62,316 bases of DNA from Dehalococcoidia bacterium (GCA_003552465.1 PULQ01000025.1:1-62316), one strand, 5' to 3'. Positions 28,049-38,148 are shown, numbered from the stretch's first letter. The notes: a model not told the origin generated them from the sequence alone. A program made the numbers and translations.

Positions 28049-28723
28049 ATGGACATGGATGACAGGATCAGAAACGCGATGGAGCACACGGAGCTCGTCC
28101 GGGCTCCCAAACAGGAACTGTCCACCTTCGGAAGTTCCGTGGTCGACTACTACGTGGTCACCGAACTGGTGGGAAACGTCAGCGTGGTCAGGGACGGCAG
28201 GGTGATTGCCGAGAGGCCCAGGATCGTCACTCCCGCCTATTTGATCAACGTGGAGGGTTTCAGTGATCAGGCCAGGAGTTACATATCGATGCTGGCCCGC
28301 GAGCGCCCCCATGAGTCCGGTATCTTCTACCGCTACAAGAACGAACCGAAGGACATGAACGTCGTCTCCGAACCTTCACGACAGGTCATCGACAAGCTCA
28401 ACGCCCGTATAGATGAACAGCGCAACCCTCTGAGCACGATCATAAAGGGTGTCGAGGAGATGTGGGATGTGTCCCTGCTCATGTTCATCTACGAGCTGAC
28501 CAACAGGTCGCTGCGTACCAACATAGCGGATTTGGACCGCCGGGGACTGCTCGACACCGACTCCAGCGGGGTGCCCGAGGGCGCCCGCAACTACATCGAA
28601 GAGCTGTTTGAGGATGTAAGCCGGAACCTCGCAAGGGCACCGGAACTTGTACTCGAACTTCATCGCTGGGGTGTGTTCTCGGAATACCAGGACCGTTTCT
28701 TCAGGCTATTCAGGAATAGGTGA
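28049..28723 (+). CDS. Conserved hypothetical protein
   Basis: 224-aa ORF in operon position with plausible soluble composition. No recognised motif. Confidence 0.7.
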   Translation: MDMDDRIRNAMEHTELVRAPKQELSTFGSSVVDYYVVTELVGNVSVVRDGRVIAERPRIVTPAYLINVEGFSDQARSYISMLARERPHESGIFYRYKNEPKDMNVVSEPSRQVIDKLNARIDEQRNPLSTIIKGVEEMWDVSLLMFIYELTNRSLRTNIADLDRRGLLDTDSSGVPEGARNYIEELFEDVSRNLARAPELVLELHRWGVFSEYQDRFFRLFRNR

Positions 28724-29531
28724 GGCCCCCGGCCGACATCAGCCCCATATACCAGCCCAGCATCTGACTCCCCCAGATCAGCGTTATCATGGTGGCAATC
28801 GCCAGGAACGGGCCGAAAGGGAGTGTCTCGCGGAATCGCCTTCTCCGGGCGATCATAAGCGCCACCGCCACCAGGCTGCCGATCACAGCGGCCAGCACGA
28901 TAGCCAGTATCACCAGTGGAAAACCTGTCGCCAGGCCGATCACAGCCATCAGCTTGACATCTCCCCAGCCCATGCCCCCACGGGAGACTACGGCGATCAG
29001 GAAGAACAGGCCAAAGCCGACCGCTCCGCCCATGGCGGCGTTGGCGATCCCGGTGGTCACAAGACGTCCTTCCTCCATCCACGGTTGTGGCACCAGCGCC
29101 AGGAGCACTGCCACGATGATTGCCGGGTACACTACCTTGTTCAGTATCAGGCCGTGCTCGATATCGATGACGAAGATCACCGTGAACAGACAGGCATAGA
29201 AGGCCAGTATGCCGAACTGTGGACTCAGTCCATAGTGCCAGAAGAGCAGGGCAAATATCAGGCCGGTGGCCAGCTCCACCCAGAGCAGCTTTGACGGCAC
29301 CCTGGTACTGCAGTAGCGGCAGCGGCCGCGCAGCCGTAGATAGCTGAATATCGGGATCAGGTCCGTTAGCCCCAGCCTGTGCCTGCAGGCCTCGCAGTGC
29401 GAAGGGGGTCGAACGACCGACAGGTCACGGGGAAGGCGGTCGATGCACACATTGAGGAAGCTGCCTACCAGCAGGCCCAGAACACCGAACAGAAACGCTC
29501 CGGCGAAATCCACGGACTGTATTGTGGTCAC
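28710..29531 (-). CDS. pilD: Type IV prepilin peptidase (A24)
   Basis: GSFLNVCIDRLP, PPSHCEAC, RGRCRYC, IDIEH, MGWGDVKL, LPFGPFL. Confidence 0.93.
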   Translation of the reverse strand: MTTIQSVDFAGAFLFGVLGLLVGSFLNVCIDRLPRDLSVVRPPSHCEACRHRLGLTDLIPIFSYLRLRGRCRYCSTRVPSKLLWVELATGLIFALLFWHYGLSPQFGILAFYACLFTVIFVIDIEHGLILNKVVYPAIIVAVLLALVPQPWMEEGRLVTTGIANAAMGGAVGFGLFFLIAVVSRGGMGWGDVKLMAVIGLATGFPLVILAIVLAAVIGSLVAVALMIARRRRFRETLPFGPFLAIATMITLIWGSQMLGWYMGLMSAGGLTYS

Positions 29532-29702
29532 ATCGCCGCCTCGAAGTCAATAGGCGGTGAGTACTGGCCCTACCCCCGCTACGCATGCCCTCCTGCCTGC
29601 GAACAGCTCCCTACATCGTTCTCTCGCAACTCATCACTCTTTACTCATAACTCTTCACGCGGTTGTCCTCAGTTATCACTCGCCCGAGTTCACGCCCCAT
29701 CC

Positions 29703-29804
29703 TGTCATCGCGAGCCCCGACACACCACCCTATTGTCATCACAGTCCTGACACACCACCCTATTGTCATCGCGAGTCCCGACGCAGTCGGGACGTGGCGA
29801 TCTC
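29703..29804. repeat. About 30-nt tandem units ending in a TGTC-tagged palindromic element
   Basis: TGTCATC(G/A)C...GACACACCACCCTAT at 29703 and 29734, then TGTCATCGCGAGTCCCGACGCAGTCGGGACGTGGCGATCTC at 29764. Confidence 0.75.
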
Positions 29805-30628
29805 GCCCCTCCTTCCTCTCCCTTGAGGGAGAGGTCCGACTGTGTCGGGACTCCGATAGCATCGGAGATTTGGATGAGGGTGAAACAGCACATCGGGTCC
29901 TGGGGGGCGCGACCGCCTGCTCTTCTATCCCCTGCCCCCTGATCGCTGAATGCTGAACGATGACCGCAGCCTCCCCCCCCGGTACCCCGCATCGCTTATC
30001 AACTACTGTTCATGCTTCACGATTCATAGTCTACTGTTTGGTCGTCACTCCCCGCTCCTTACTCTCTATCGCAGTGCACCTGTCAGGGCAGATCGACATA
30101 ATGCTGCCAGGCTTCGGGGAAGGCGAAAACTACGCGAAGAGAATATCGCCCACGAGTGAAAAGGTATTGACAGTTCACTTGAGAGCCGTGGTACTATAGT
30201 ACCGTGGTGCTACGGCGGCGCGGACCTCGGCGGGCGGCGTTTGTGTCTGAGGCCTGAGGCGGGATGCTGCAGGGTTGGTTGAAGAGGGCCGTGTCATGAG
30301 TGAGAGCGGGCTGGCGAATAGGGATGATCGCAGAGTTCTACGGGCGCGGGGCGTGGCTGGTGTGGGTGGCTATATCGACGACTTGGCGTCGGGCAGAGGC
30401 AGTGAATACGGTGGACTGGCTGACGGTGATAGAAAGGCGAGACCTGATGGGTCAGGTCTCGTCGTTGCTTTTCTGAGACAGCGAGGCGGTTGATGATAGT
30501 CTGTGTAGCTAACACGCTTAAGCGGTTATGCTTGCCCATGGAGTCTCCTCTGTGGAGGACATGGTCGGTCTTGGGCGATGAGCGACATCCTGAATACCTT
30601 GCACGGGGTGGAGCAGAACACCTCCCCA

Positions 30629-30842
30629 TGTCATTCTGAGTGAGCGCAGTGAACGAAGAATCTCTCAGGGACTTAGGGCGGGGAGTAACAGGAGTATGAC
30701 AGAGGCTGCTCTGGCATAGAATGACGAATGACGAAGCTCAAATGCCAACTAAAGCTCAAAGGGCAAAGGACAAAGATGAGTGACCTTGGCTTTCAGGCAT
30801 TTGAACTTGACTTGTCATCTGGATTTTGACATTTGGGATTTG
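30629..30842. repeat. TGTCATTCTGAG palindromic element plus heptamer-periodic inverted tract
   Basis: TGTCATTCTGAGTGAGCGCAGTGAACGAAGAATCTC, then AATGACG/CTCAAAG/GGCAAAG/GACAAAG-type heptamers mirrored by TTGTCAT/TTGACAT/TTGGGAT-type heptamers. Confidence 0.6.
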
Positions 30843-30900
30843 CTCTGCGCCCGTAGTGGCGCAGAAAGGGAGCAGCCTACTACACAGAAGGAGGTATGAA

Positions 30901-32571
30901 GTGAGAAAGCTATTTGGAGTATCGCTCGTCGTGGCACTGGTGCTGAGCTTCAGCCTGGTGGTCACCACGACGGTGTCAGCAAGCCCTGCTGATTGGTATG
31001 TGGATGCGGTGAATGGGGACGACGGGAACGATGGCTTGAGTTGGGCAACCGCGTTCGCAACCATAGTCAAGGCGATGGATGAGGCAAGCGGCGGCGACAC
31101 AATCATGGTGGCGGCGGGGACGTACGCGGAGAACATCACCGTGGACAAATCGCTGGAACTGCTAGGACCCAATCAAGGGAAGCCTGGTTGTGCAGACGAC
31201 CGTGTGTCAGAGGCAGTGCTGGAGGGTCCGGAGATACGGATCACTGCTGCCAACGTGATTATTGACGGTTTCAGAATGGCAGGTCCGAGCACCAGCGGGA
31301 ATGCATTGCGTGCTCAAGCAGGAGCCAACGGACTGACTATCCGTCACAACATCATTGAAGTTGGAATGTATGTTGTGGCAGTGATAGACGACTTCACGTA
31401 CAGTTACAACCTGGCGCGCGACCTGCTGCTGTGCAGCCCGCCAACCGCGACCAACGTCATCTATGCCACGTCAAGCGGGGGCGAAAACTGGGCCATCACC
31501 AACAACAAGATGGTGGAGATCCGAAACGGCATCGTACTGGAGATTCCCGGTCAGTTCAGAAATCTGACGTTCAGCGAGAACGAGGTGCTTGAGTTCACGC
31601 ACTGTGGCGTGAACATTGGCCAGGGCACCACCGTGGGAGACCTTACCATCACCGATAACACTTTCTGGACACCCAAAACGGGTGCGCTCGGCGTATTCTT
31701 CTGGTATACGGGTGCCGGTGTTGCTGTTGATCCAGATGCCGTCATAACGATTACGGGCAATGATATAGTTGCACCATATGGCTTGTTCCTTGCAGCTTCA
31801 GCTGTTGGATCAGGTGCGACGGTGGATGTTGCGCACAATAAGATCCGAGAAAACGACGTTGCAGTGTGGGTATACACAGCCGAAATGGCAGGGATCATTA
31901 ATCGCATCAGTTACAACTTCATCGGTTTCAACACATGGGGCATACTTATCGAGGACGGTGCGGACCCCAGTGGCATCAGCGTAGATCACAACGCTATTTG
32001 CTGCAATACGATAGGCGTTGATAACCGTGACTCGGAACCTTTTGACGCTACCAACAACTGGTGGGGCTCCAACGACGGTCCCGGTGGGGACGGACCTGGA
32101 AAGGGCGATGTGGTGACAGGCAATGTCATATACGACCCGTGGCTGGTGCTTACATTGACGGCCGATCCTCCGAGTGTGGCGCCGGGTGGAACCTCTGTGA
32201 TAACCGCTGACGCGACCATGAACTCTGATGGGGTTGATACAGGAGCCAGTATACCTGATGGTACGCCAATCCTGTTCGCAACCACCAGTGGTTCAGTAGA
32301 TCCAGAGCTGGCCATCGCCCAGGATGGCGTTGCCGTCACAACCTATACTGCGGGCACAGAACCGGGGATCGTATCAGCTACAGCTCCGTGCTATCCTGAG
32401 AACATAGAGGTGTTAGACATTCCTCTGGCGCCTGTTCCCAGTTTTACGGTCGGCTGGGAGGGCTCGCCCGTTGACAGGCTAAAGGTTATGGCGCCCTGGC
32501 TTGTCCTGCTGGCAGGCATCATCGCTGGGGCGAGCGTGCTTTTGATGCGGCGACGCGGGGTCCGGGTCTAG
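30901..32571 (+). CDS. Secreted parallel beta-helix protein with Ig-like domain and C-terminal TM anchor
   Basis: RBS AGGAGG before GTG, signal peptide, WYVD..NGDDGNDG.SW.TAF.TI, ATNNWWG, tail VGWEGSPVDRLKVMAPW-TM-RRR. Confidence 0.85.
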   Translation: MRKLFGVSLVVALVLSFSLVVTTTVSASPADWYVDAVNGDDGNDGLSWATAFATIVKAMDEASGGDTIMVAAGTYAENITVDKSLELLGPNQGKPGCADDRVSEAVLEGPEIRITAANVIIDGFRMAGPSTSGNALRAQAGANGLTIRHNIIEVGMYVVAVIDDFTYSYNLARDLLLCSPPTATNVIYATSSGGENWAITNNKMVEIRNGIVLEIPGQFRNLTFSENEVLEFTHCGVNIGQGTTVGDLTITDNTFWTPKTGALGVFFWYTGAGVAVDPDAVITITGNDIVAPYGLFLAASAVGSGATVDVAHNKIRENDVAVWVYTAEMAGIINRISYNFIGFNTWGILIEDGADPSGISVDHNAICCNTIGVDNRDSEPFDATNNWWGSNDGPGGDGPGKGDVVTGNVIYDPWLVLTLTADPPSVAPGGTSVITADATMNSDGVDTGASIPDGTPILFATTSGSVDPELAIAQDGVAVTTYTAGTEPGIVSATAPCYPENIEVLDIPLAPVPSFTVGWEGSPVDRLKVMAPWLVLLAGIIAGASVLLMRRRGVRV

Positions 32572-32848
32572 GGAACATACCTGATCACTGGTAGGGGGTG
32601 ACCACAGGAGTGGAGATCGACCCCGCCCCTGCGGCCCCCTACCGTTTGTATCGCTGGTAGGGAGAACCGCAAGGGGAGGCTGTCGAGACTCCGGCGGCAT
32701 CGGAGATCTTGGCGAGGTCGAAATTCCCCTGACTCTCACTCTCTTCCCCAGGGGAGAGAGGATTTGGCGTCTGGGGCAGAGCCGCCGGGGCAGGTGTGTT
32801 GACGAGGCAGTGCCATTGGGGGTCTGGGGGCGCAGGCCCCAGCGCAGC

Positions 32849-33024
32849 TGTTATTGTGAGCGGAGCGCGGCAATCTCGCCTCCTGCCTGTCTTTGCGAGC
32901 GCAGTGGGGCAATCTGGGTGGGGTCAGGGGCAACCAGATCGCCACATCCCGATTTCATCGGATCTCGCGATGACAATTCTCCGCCTGTGATTCTGAGTCC
33001 CGATCCAATCGGGACTCAGAATCT
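32849..33024. repeat. Cluster of TGTC-type palindromic repeats
   Basis: TGTTATTGTGAGC...GCAATCT, TGTCTTTGCGAGC...GCAATCT, GATCGCCAC...TCGCGATGACA, GATTCTGAGTCCCGATCCAATCGGGACTCAGAATC. Confidence 0.7.
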
Positions 33025-33117
33025 CCTGGGGTTCTTGGGGAAGTGCCTGAGACCCTTCGCCAACATCTCGTCGACTCAGGGTGACAGGGGTACTGGGACT
33101 CGTGCTGTCGGACCGGG

Positions 33118-33141
33118 CACGACCCTAAATGGTCGCACTAC
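33118..33141 (-). repeat. GTAG-type REP
   Basis: Minus strand GTAGTGCGACCATTTAGGGTCGTG, a variant of the window's REP consensus. Confidence 0.7.
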
Positions 33142-33252
33142 AGAGGTTGGGCGGGAGAGGATTGGGCACAGCCTTCGATATCGTTCGGGGCAGAAGCTTT
33201 ACAGGGCGGCATGAGCACCTGTAACATGAGGGTGTAACAAACAGGCCGTACG

Positions 33253-33413
33253 ATGACCAGGCGGAAACTTGGGAAATCCGACCAAGCCGGAACATGAGTA
33301 GGCGGGAATCCAGTAAGCCGCCCGGGCCCGAACATGACCAAACGCAGATCCAGGAGGCCGACCAGGCTGGAACATGAGTAAGCGAAAGCTGAAGAAGGGG
33401 GCCAGGCCAGGTC
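33253..33413 (+). repeat. Four degenerate 40-41 nt tandem units, each starting with ATG
   Basis: ATG at 33253, 33294, 33334 and 33374. The last three are preceded by GAAC. Units begin M-T/S-R/K-R. Confidence 0.65.
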
Positions 33414-34285
33414 AACCCGCCAGGAAGCAGGGCGGAGTGCCTGGCTTCATCAGGCGCCTGCCCTGGTACGCCCGGCTGGGCCTGGGTACGGCGATTGTCG
33501 GCGTGGTTGTTCTTGCCGTGGTTCTTGTAGCCGGCGGGTACCCCGCGGACACCACTGCTGGGCCGAGGGCGGCGATCGTCGACCAGCTCTATAACCTTCA
33601 GCCTAACCCGGAGTTCGTGGCGAATGTTACCGCCCAGCTTGAGGACTTCGGTTTCGAGGTCGACCTCTACCAGGGCGACGAAATCGATGTTAGTTTCTAC
33701 CGGGGGCTGGCAAGGCGCGGTCACAGCCTGATCCTCTTTAGAGTCCATGCCGGCCTGGTGATAAGTAACGGGGAGGCGCTTGACAGGACTCTGCTGTTCA
33801 CCAATGAGGAGTACAGTACCGGCAGGTACCCGACCGAGCAGATAACCGCCCGTCTCGGGAGGGGGTCTGCCGGGGAAGGCCATCCCATGATGTTCGGCAT
33901 AACCGCGGACTTCGTCTCCAGCAGGACCAGCATGTCCGGGACATTCGATGACACCGTGATCATCATGATGGGGTGCTCGGCCCTCTACTACGACGACCTG
34001 GCCAGGGCGTTCATCGGCAGGGGCGCCTCGGCCTACCTGGGGTGGTACGGCAGCGTACTCCTGCACTACGTGGATGAGGCGACTCCCTACCTGATGCGGC
34101 AGCTGTGTTTCGAGGAGGCGACCATAAAGGAGGCGGTTGACAGGACGATGGACCCGGAGGAGGGCATAGGCCTGGACCCGAGGTACAAGGCGGGGCTCAG
34201 ATACTATCCCGAGCGGATCGGCGACAGGACGCTGGCGGAACTGCTGCAGATGGTGTTCGATACTGAAGAGCATGCAGCGAAATAG
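33374..34285 (+). CDS. Membrane-anchored protein with putative clan CD (caspase/gingipain/CHAT-like) His-Cys dyad
   Basis: Basic N-terminus, single TM, strand-His LILFRVHAG, strand-Cys VIIMMGCS, LARAFIGRGASAYLGW. Confidence 0.6.
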   Translation: MSKRKLKKGARPGQPARKQGGVPGFIRRLPWYARLGLGTAIVGVVVLAVVLVAGGYPADTTAGPRAAIVDQLYNLQPNPEFVANVTAQLEDFGFEVDLYQGDEIDVSFYRGLARRGHSLILFRVHAGLVISNGEALDRTLLFTNEEYSTGRYPTEQITARLGRGSAGEGHPMMFGITADFVSSRTSMSGTFDDTVIIMMGCSALYYDDLARAFIGRGASAYLGWYGSVLLHYVDEATPYLMRQLCFEEATIKEAVDRTMDPEEGIGLDPRYKAGLRYYPERIGDRTLAELLQMVFDTEEHAAK

Positions 34286-34308
34286 GGACACGTCGGTTTT
34301 TCATCGGG

Positions 34309-34332
34309 CGCGACCCTGAAGGGTCGCACTAC
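34309..34332 (-). repeat. GTAG-type REP between convergent genes
   Basis: Minus strand GTAGTGCGACCCTTCAGGGTCGCG. Confidence 0.8.
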
Positions 34333-34344
34333 CACAAGGAGGGG

Positions 34345-36153
34345 CTACTCGCCCAGGTACTCCTTGATCCTCCGTGCCAGCGCTGGCGTTATGCCCTCTG
34401 TCGTCGCCAACTCGTCGGGCGAAGCCCGCCTGATCGCCTCTACCGAGCCGAACCTGGCCAGCAGCGCCTTCTTCCTCTTCGGCCCGATGCCCGCGATGCC
34501 GTTCATGGCCGAGGCGAAGGCCTCCCTCCCGCGCAGCCTGCGGTGGTAGCTCACCGCGAAGCGATGCGCCTCGTCCCTGGCCCTCTGCAATAGGTGGAGG
34601 GCAGCCGAATCCTTCTCCATGCGGATAGGCTCCACCCGGCCTGAGACGAATATCTCCTCTTTGCTCTTGGCGAGGCCGGCCACGGGAATAGAACCGAGGC
34701 CCAACTCCCCCATCACCTCCAGGGCGGCGTTGAGCTGTCCCCTGCCTCCGTCTATCAGCACGAGGTCGGGCATTATGACCCACGTGCCGCCGTGCCCGGC
34801 CGCTGACCCAAACCTGCGCCTCAGGGTCTCCTTTATCATGGCACAATCGTCGGCACCGTCAACCGTCCTGATGCGAAAGCGGCGATAGTGCGCCGGCCGG
34901 GGCAGGCCCTTCTCCAGGACCACCATGCTTCCCGTGGCCGACCTTCCCTTGATGTTGGATACGTCATAGCACTCTATCCTCAGAGGCATGCCGGGCAGGC
35001 GGAGTACCTCCTTTAGTTCCCGCAGGCCGGCCTTGATAGTCTCCGCCCTCATGTCCCTGGCCCGTGCCATTTCGAAGCTCCGCACTGCATTTTCGGTAAC
35101 GGTATCGATCAGCCTCTTCTTCGGTCCCCGCCGGGGCACCCTGAGCCTGACCCTGCCTCCCCGCTGCTGTGACAGCCATTGGGAGAGCACCTCCTCTTCG
35201 TCCACGGGGTGCTGCAGGAGTATCTGCCGCGGTATGTACGAGGCCGACGAGTAGTACTGCTTTACGAACCCGGTGAGGATCTCTCCCGGCGAGTGGTCAC
35301 TGATTCCTTCCATGACAAAGCGGTCGCGACCGATCAGCCTGTCGTTACGCACGAAGAAGACCTCAACATGTGCCTGTTCGTCATCCTGTGCCACCGCTAT
35401 GACATCCTGATCGCCCTGCACTGCCAGCGCGATCCTCTGGCCCTCGATTACCTCCTCGATCGCCCTGACCTGGTCACGAAGCTGGGCGGCCCTCTCGTAC
35501 TTCATCCGGCGGGCGGCATCCTTCATCCCGGCTTTAAGTTCCGAGAGCACAAGCTCCTGCCTGCCCTGCAGGAACAGGATGACCTGGTCGATCACCTCCC
35601 GGTATTCCCGCTTGTCCACCGCCCCGGTACACGGCCCGAGACAGCGATGGATGTAGTAGTCGAGACAGGGCCGGATCTCGCTGCCGTCGATACGCCTGCT
35701 GCAGTTACGGAAGGGGAACAGTCTCTTGATCAGCCTGAGGGACCTGCGTATCGAGCCGGCACTGGCAAATGGCCCGAAGTACCTGGCGCCGTCCTGCTCA
35801 ACCTGGCGGGTTATCTGAACCCGCGGCCAGTCATCGTGGACATCTATTTTGAGGTAGGGGAAGCTCTTGTTGTCCTTCAGATGCACGTTGTAGCGGGGCA
35901 GGTACCTCTTTATCAGGTTGCATTCCAGGATCAACGCCTCCTGCTCCGAGCCGGTGACAAAGAGTTCGAGGTCCTCAATCTGCCGCACCATCCTCCGGGT
36001 CCTGAGCGAGGTGCTGGAGGACGGGCTGAAGTAACTCCTGACCCGGCTGCGCAGATTCGCCGCCTTGCCGACGTAGATGAGATTCCCCTGCCCGTCTTTG
36101 AAAAGGTAGACTCCAGGTCTCGCGGGCAGAGACTCAAGCTGCTCTGATTCCAC
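34345..36153 (-). CDS. uvrC: Excinuclease ABC subunit C
   Basis: GVYLFKD..G.LIYVGKA.NLRSRV.SYF, EALILE.NLIK, RIECYDVSN, DLVLIDGG.GQL, RDEAHRFA, HhH tail. Confidence 0.97.
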   Translation of the reverse strand: MESEQLESLPARPGVYLFKDGQGNLIYVGKAANLRSRVRSYFSPSSSTSLRTRRMVRQIEDLELFVTGSEQEALILECNLIKRYLPRYNVHLKDNKSFPYLKIDVHDDWPRVQITRQVEQDGARYFGPFASAGSIRRSLRLIKRLFPFRNCSRRIDGSEIRPCLDYYIHRCLGPCTGAVDKREYREVIDQVILFLQGRQELVLSELKAGMKDAARRMKYERAAQLRDQVRAIEEVIEGQRIALAVQGDQDVIAVAQDDEQAHVEVFFVRNDRLIGRDRFVMEGISDHSPGEILTGFVKQYYSSASYIPRQILLQHPVDEEEVLSQWLSQQRGGRVRLRVPRRGPKKRLIDTVTENAVRSFEMARARDMRAETIKAGLRELKEVLRLPGMPLRIECYDVSNIKGRSATGSMVVLEKGLPRPAHYRRFRIRTVDGADDCAMIKETLRRRFGSAAGHGGTWVIMPDLVLIDGGRGQLNAALEVMGELGLGSIPVAGLAKSKEEIFVSGRVEPIRMEKDSAALHLLQRARDEAHRFAVSYHRRLRGREAFASAMNGIAGIGPKRKKALLARFGSVEAIRRASPDELATTEGITPALARRIKEYLGE

Positions 36154-36213
36154 CAGGGGTCAATTGTAGCAAGTTGCATGTGCGTCCCGCACTTTCCTTG
36201 CAGGACAGACAGT

Positions 36214-36242
36214 AGACAAATGCCTTGCCTGTTGCTATACTG
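36214..36242 (+). promoter_or_regulatory. Sigma70 promoter for 36370 gene
   Basis: TAGACA-17-TATACT with TG extension. Confidence 0.55.
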
Positions 36243-36369
36243 ATTTACGGAGGTAAACACATAGAGGGTAACTGTCACCGTAGTCAGTAGCGCTCCCCGG
36301 TGCAGGCCCTGATGGGCGTGCTCAGTGGCAGTGTGCGGCAGTAGAAAGCGGTGACTACAGGAGGGAACC

Positions 36370-38148
36370 ATGAAACAGGTGATTGGTTTGGTGCTTGCGC
36401 TGGTGCTGGGTTTGGGGCTGGTGATTGGCATGCCAGCAGTGGCTGCCCCCGGCACGACCTATTACGTGTGTGCCGAAACTGGTCATGACAATAATAATGG
36501 TAGTGATCCGGAGAATGCTTTTGCCACCATTCAGCATGCCATAGGAGAAGCGTCTGGCGGCGATACCATCGAGGTGCTGGGCGGTATTTATGAGGAAGAT
36601 CTGGTCATTCCTGATGGCAAGGACGGTCTTGAGATCAAGGGCGCTGGCCGGGATGTCACCACGATCAGAGGTGTGTTAACGGAACCGTGGGACAAGTGGC
36701 CATTGGCAACGCCGAATATCGAGATCCTCTCGAATGGAGTCAGGATTCACGGCTTCACTATGGAGAGTCCGTTTGTTCCCCCAGGTCACTATTCCAGCGG
36801 CATAGTACTAACGGGTACTGATGTCGAGATCTTCGACAATGTGTTCGCGTTTGTGGGCGACGATAACAGCGGATCCGTTGGTGTTCAGACGTATAGTGAT
36901 GATGCGCTGCCCGGTAGCAATATTGGCGGGCTGAGGATATACGACAACACCTTCGACGGGACGGTCGATATCTACCAGGGCATATTCATAAACCGTGACA
37001 ACGGTGGAGGCATAGTTACCATAGAGAACAATGAGTTCAGCGGTAATGTCATGAGGGCTGTCGTCACCGGACGCTCCAACACTGTGATCAGCGGCAACGA
37101 GATGACGAGTGCGATCCCGGGCTACGGCATCACCGTCAGGGACCGGGATGGGCTGGATCAGGAGAGTATTGAGATCAAGGGCAATACCGTGGAGGGATTG
37201 CTGGTTGGGATGGTGATAGGACACGACAAGCAAGAGCTGACCGACATCAGGATCGCAGGGAACACCATAAGGGATAACGGTACAGGCGTTCGTGTCGCCG
37301 CATCCGCAGGAGTGGTGACGGTAGACCTCAACAATATCGTTGACAACACCGACTGGGGGGTGTTGAACACGGGCACCGCCACTCTGAAGGCCCGTTATAA
37401 TTGGTGGGGGCACGAGACCGGGCCCGATCATGAAGGGCTCAATCTGGGTGGCCAGGGCAATGCCGTAAGTGACGGTATCCATATCGGTCCCTGGCTTTAC
37501 CGACCTCATGAGCAGTTCGTCTCCGGCGCTCCCTGCTACGCGGGTTCGATAGCGCTTACCAATGAAGCGACTGAGGTCGAGGTGGGCAGCTATGCGGGTG
37601 GCTGGAACGGCTTCTCGACGCCCATCGCGCTGGATAGCTCAGCCAATACAGTGAGCAAGCTCCTCGACCTGACGACGGGAAGCGGCTTGTTTATCGAAAG
37701 GGCTCAGCGTTTCGACATCGCTGAACAGGCCTGGGTACCGATGATAATGGGCAACCAGTTGGTGGGTCCCGACTATACCATAAGGCCGGGCGAAGGCTTC
37801 TTCATACAGGTGCGGAGTGCGGGCAGCATTCCGATCCTGGTAAGAACTGATGCAACTGTGCCGCCAAGTCGAAACCTGGTTGCCGACTGGAACCTGGTCG
37901 GACTGTCGAGCCTGCAGGCAGAGACTGTAACGACTGCTCTATCCGGCGTGGATTACAGTTTTGTGCTGAGTCCCAAGCCACCTAATGCTGAGCACTGGAG
38001 CGTTCCTCCCTATGCAGCGGACGATACCTTTCTAGAGGTCGGTGAAGTTTACTGGGTGGCCATGAGCGAACCTGGCAGCCTGTTTGGCATAACCACGACG
38101 CCGGTGGCAGACGACATGATCTGGGACCTCAACCAGTTAGATGAATAG
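36370..38148 (+). CDS. Secreted parallel beta-helix surface protein with C-terminal WN..STP/WNLVG domain
   Basis: Signal peptide, YYV....G.D.N.G....AFATIQ.AI, ARYNWWG, GWNGFSTP...PGEGFFI...WNLVG...GEVYWV. Confidence 0.82.
   Translation: MKQVIGLVLALVLGLGLVIGMPAVAAPGTTYYVCAETGHDNNNGSDPENAFATIQHAIGEASGGDTIEVLGGIYEEDLVIPDGKDGLEIKGAGRDVTTIRGVLTEPWDKWPLATPNIEILSNGVRIHGFTMESPFVPPGHYSSGIVLTGTDVEIFDNVFAFVGDDNSGSVGVQTYSDDALPGSNIGGLRIYDNTFDGTVDIYQGIFINRDNGGGIVTIENNEFSGNVMRAVVTGRSNTVISGNEMTSAIPGYGITVRDRDGLDQESIEIKGNTVEGLLVGMVIGHDKQELTDIRIAGNTIRDNGTGVRVAASAGVVTVDLNNIVDNTDWGVLNTGTATLKARYNWWGHETGPDHEGLNLGGQGNAVSDGIHIGPWLYRPHEQFVSGAPCYAGSIALTNEATEVEVGSYAGGWNGFSTPIALDSSANTVSKLLDLTTGSGLFIERAQRFDIAEQAWVPMIMGNQLVGPDYTIRPGEGFFIQVRSAGSIPILVRTDATVPPSRNLVADWNLVGLSSLQAETVTTALSGVDYSFVLSPKPPNAEHWSVPPYAADDTFLEVGEVYWVAMSEPGSLFGITTTPVADDMIWDLNQLDE

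Noticed and set aside
30275-30493. 72-aa ORF in the long intergenic region
   Set aside because: No motif, no convincing RBS and low-information composition, so I cannot support it as a gene.
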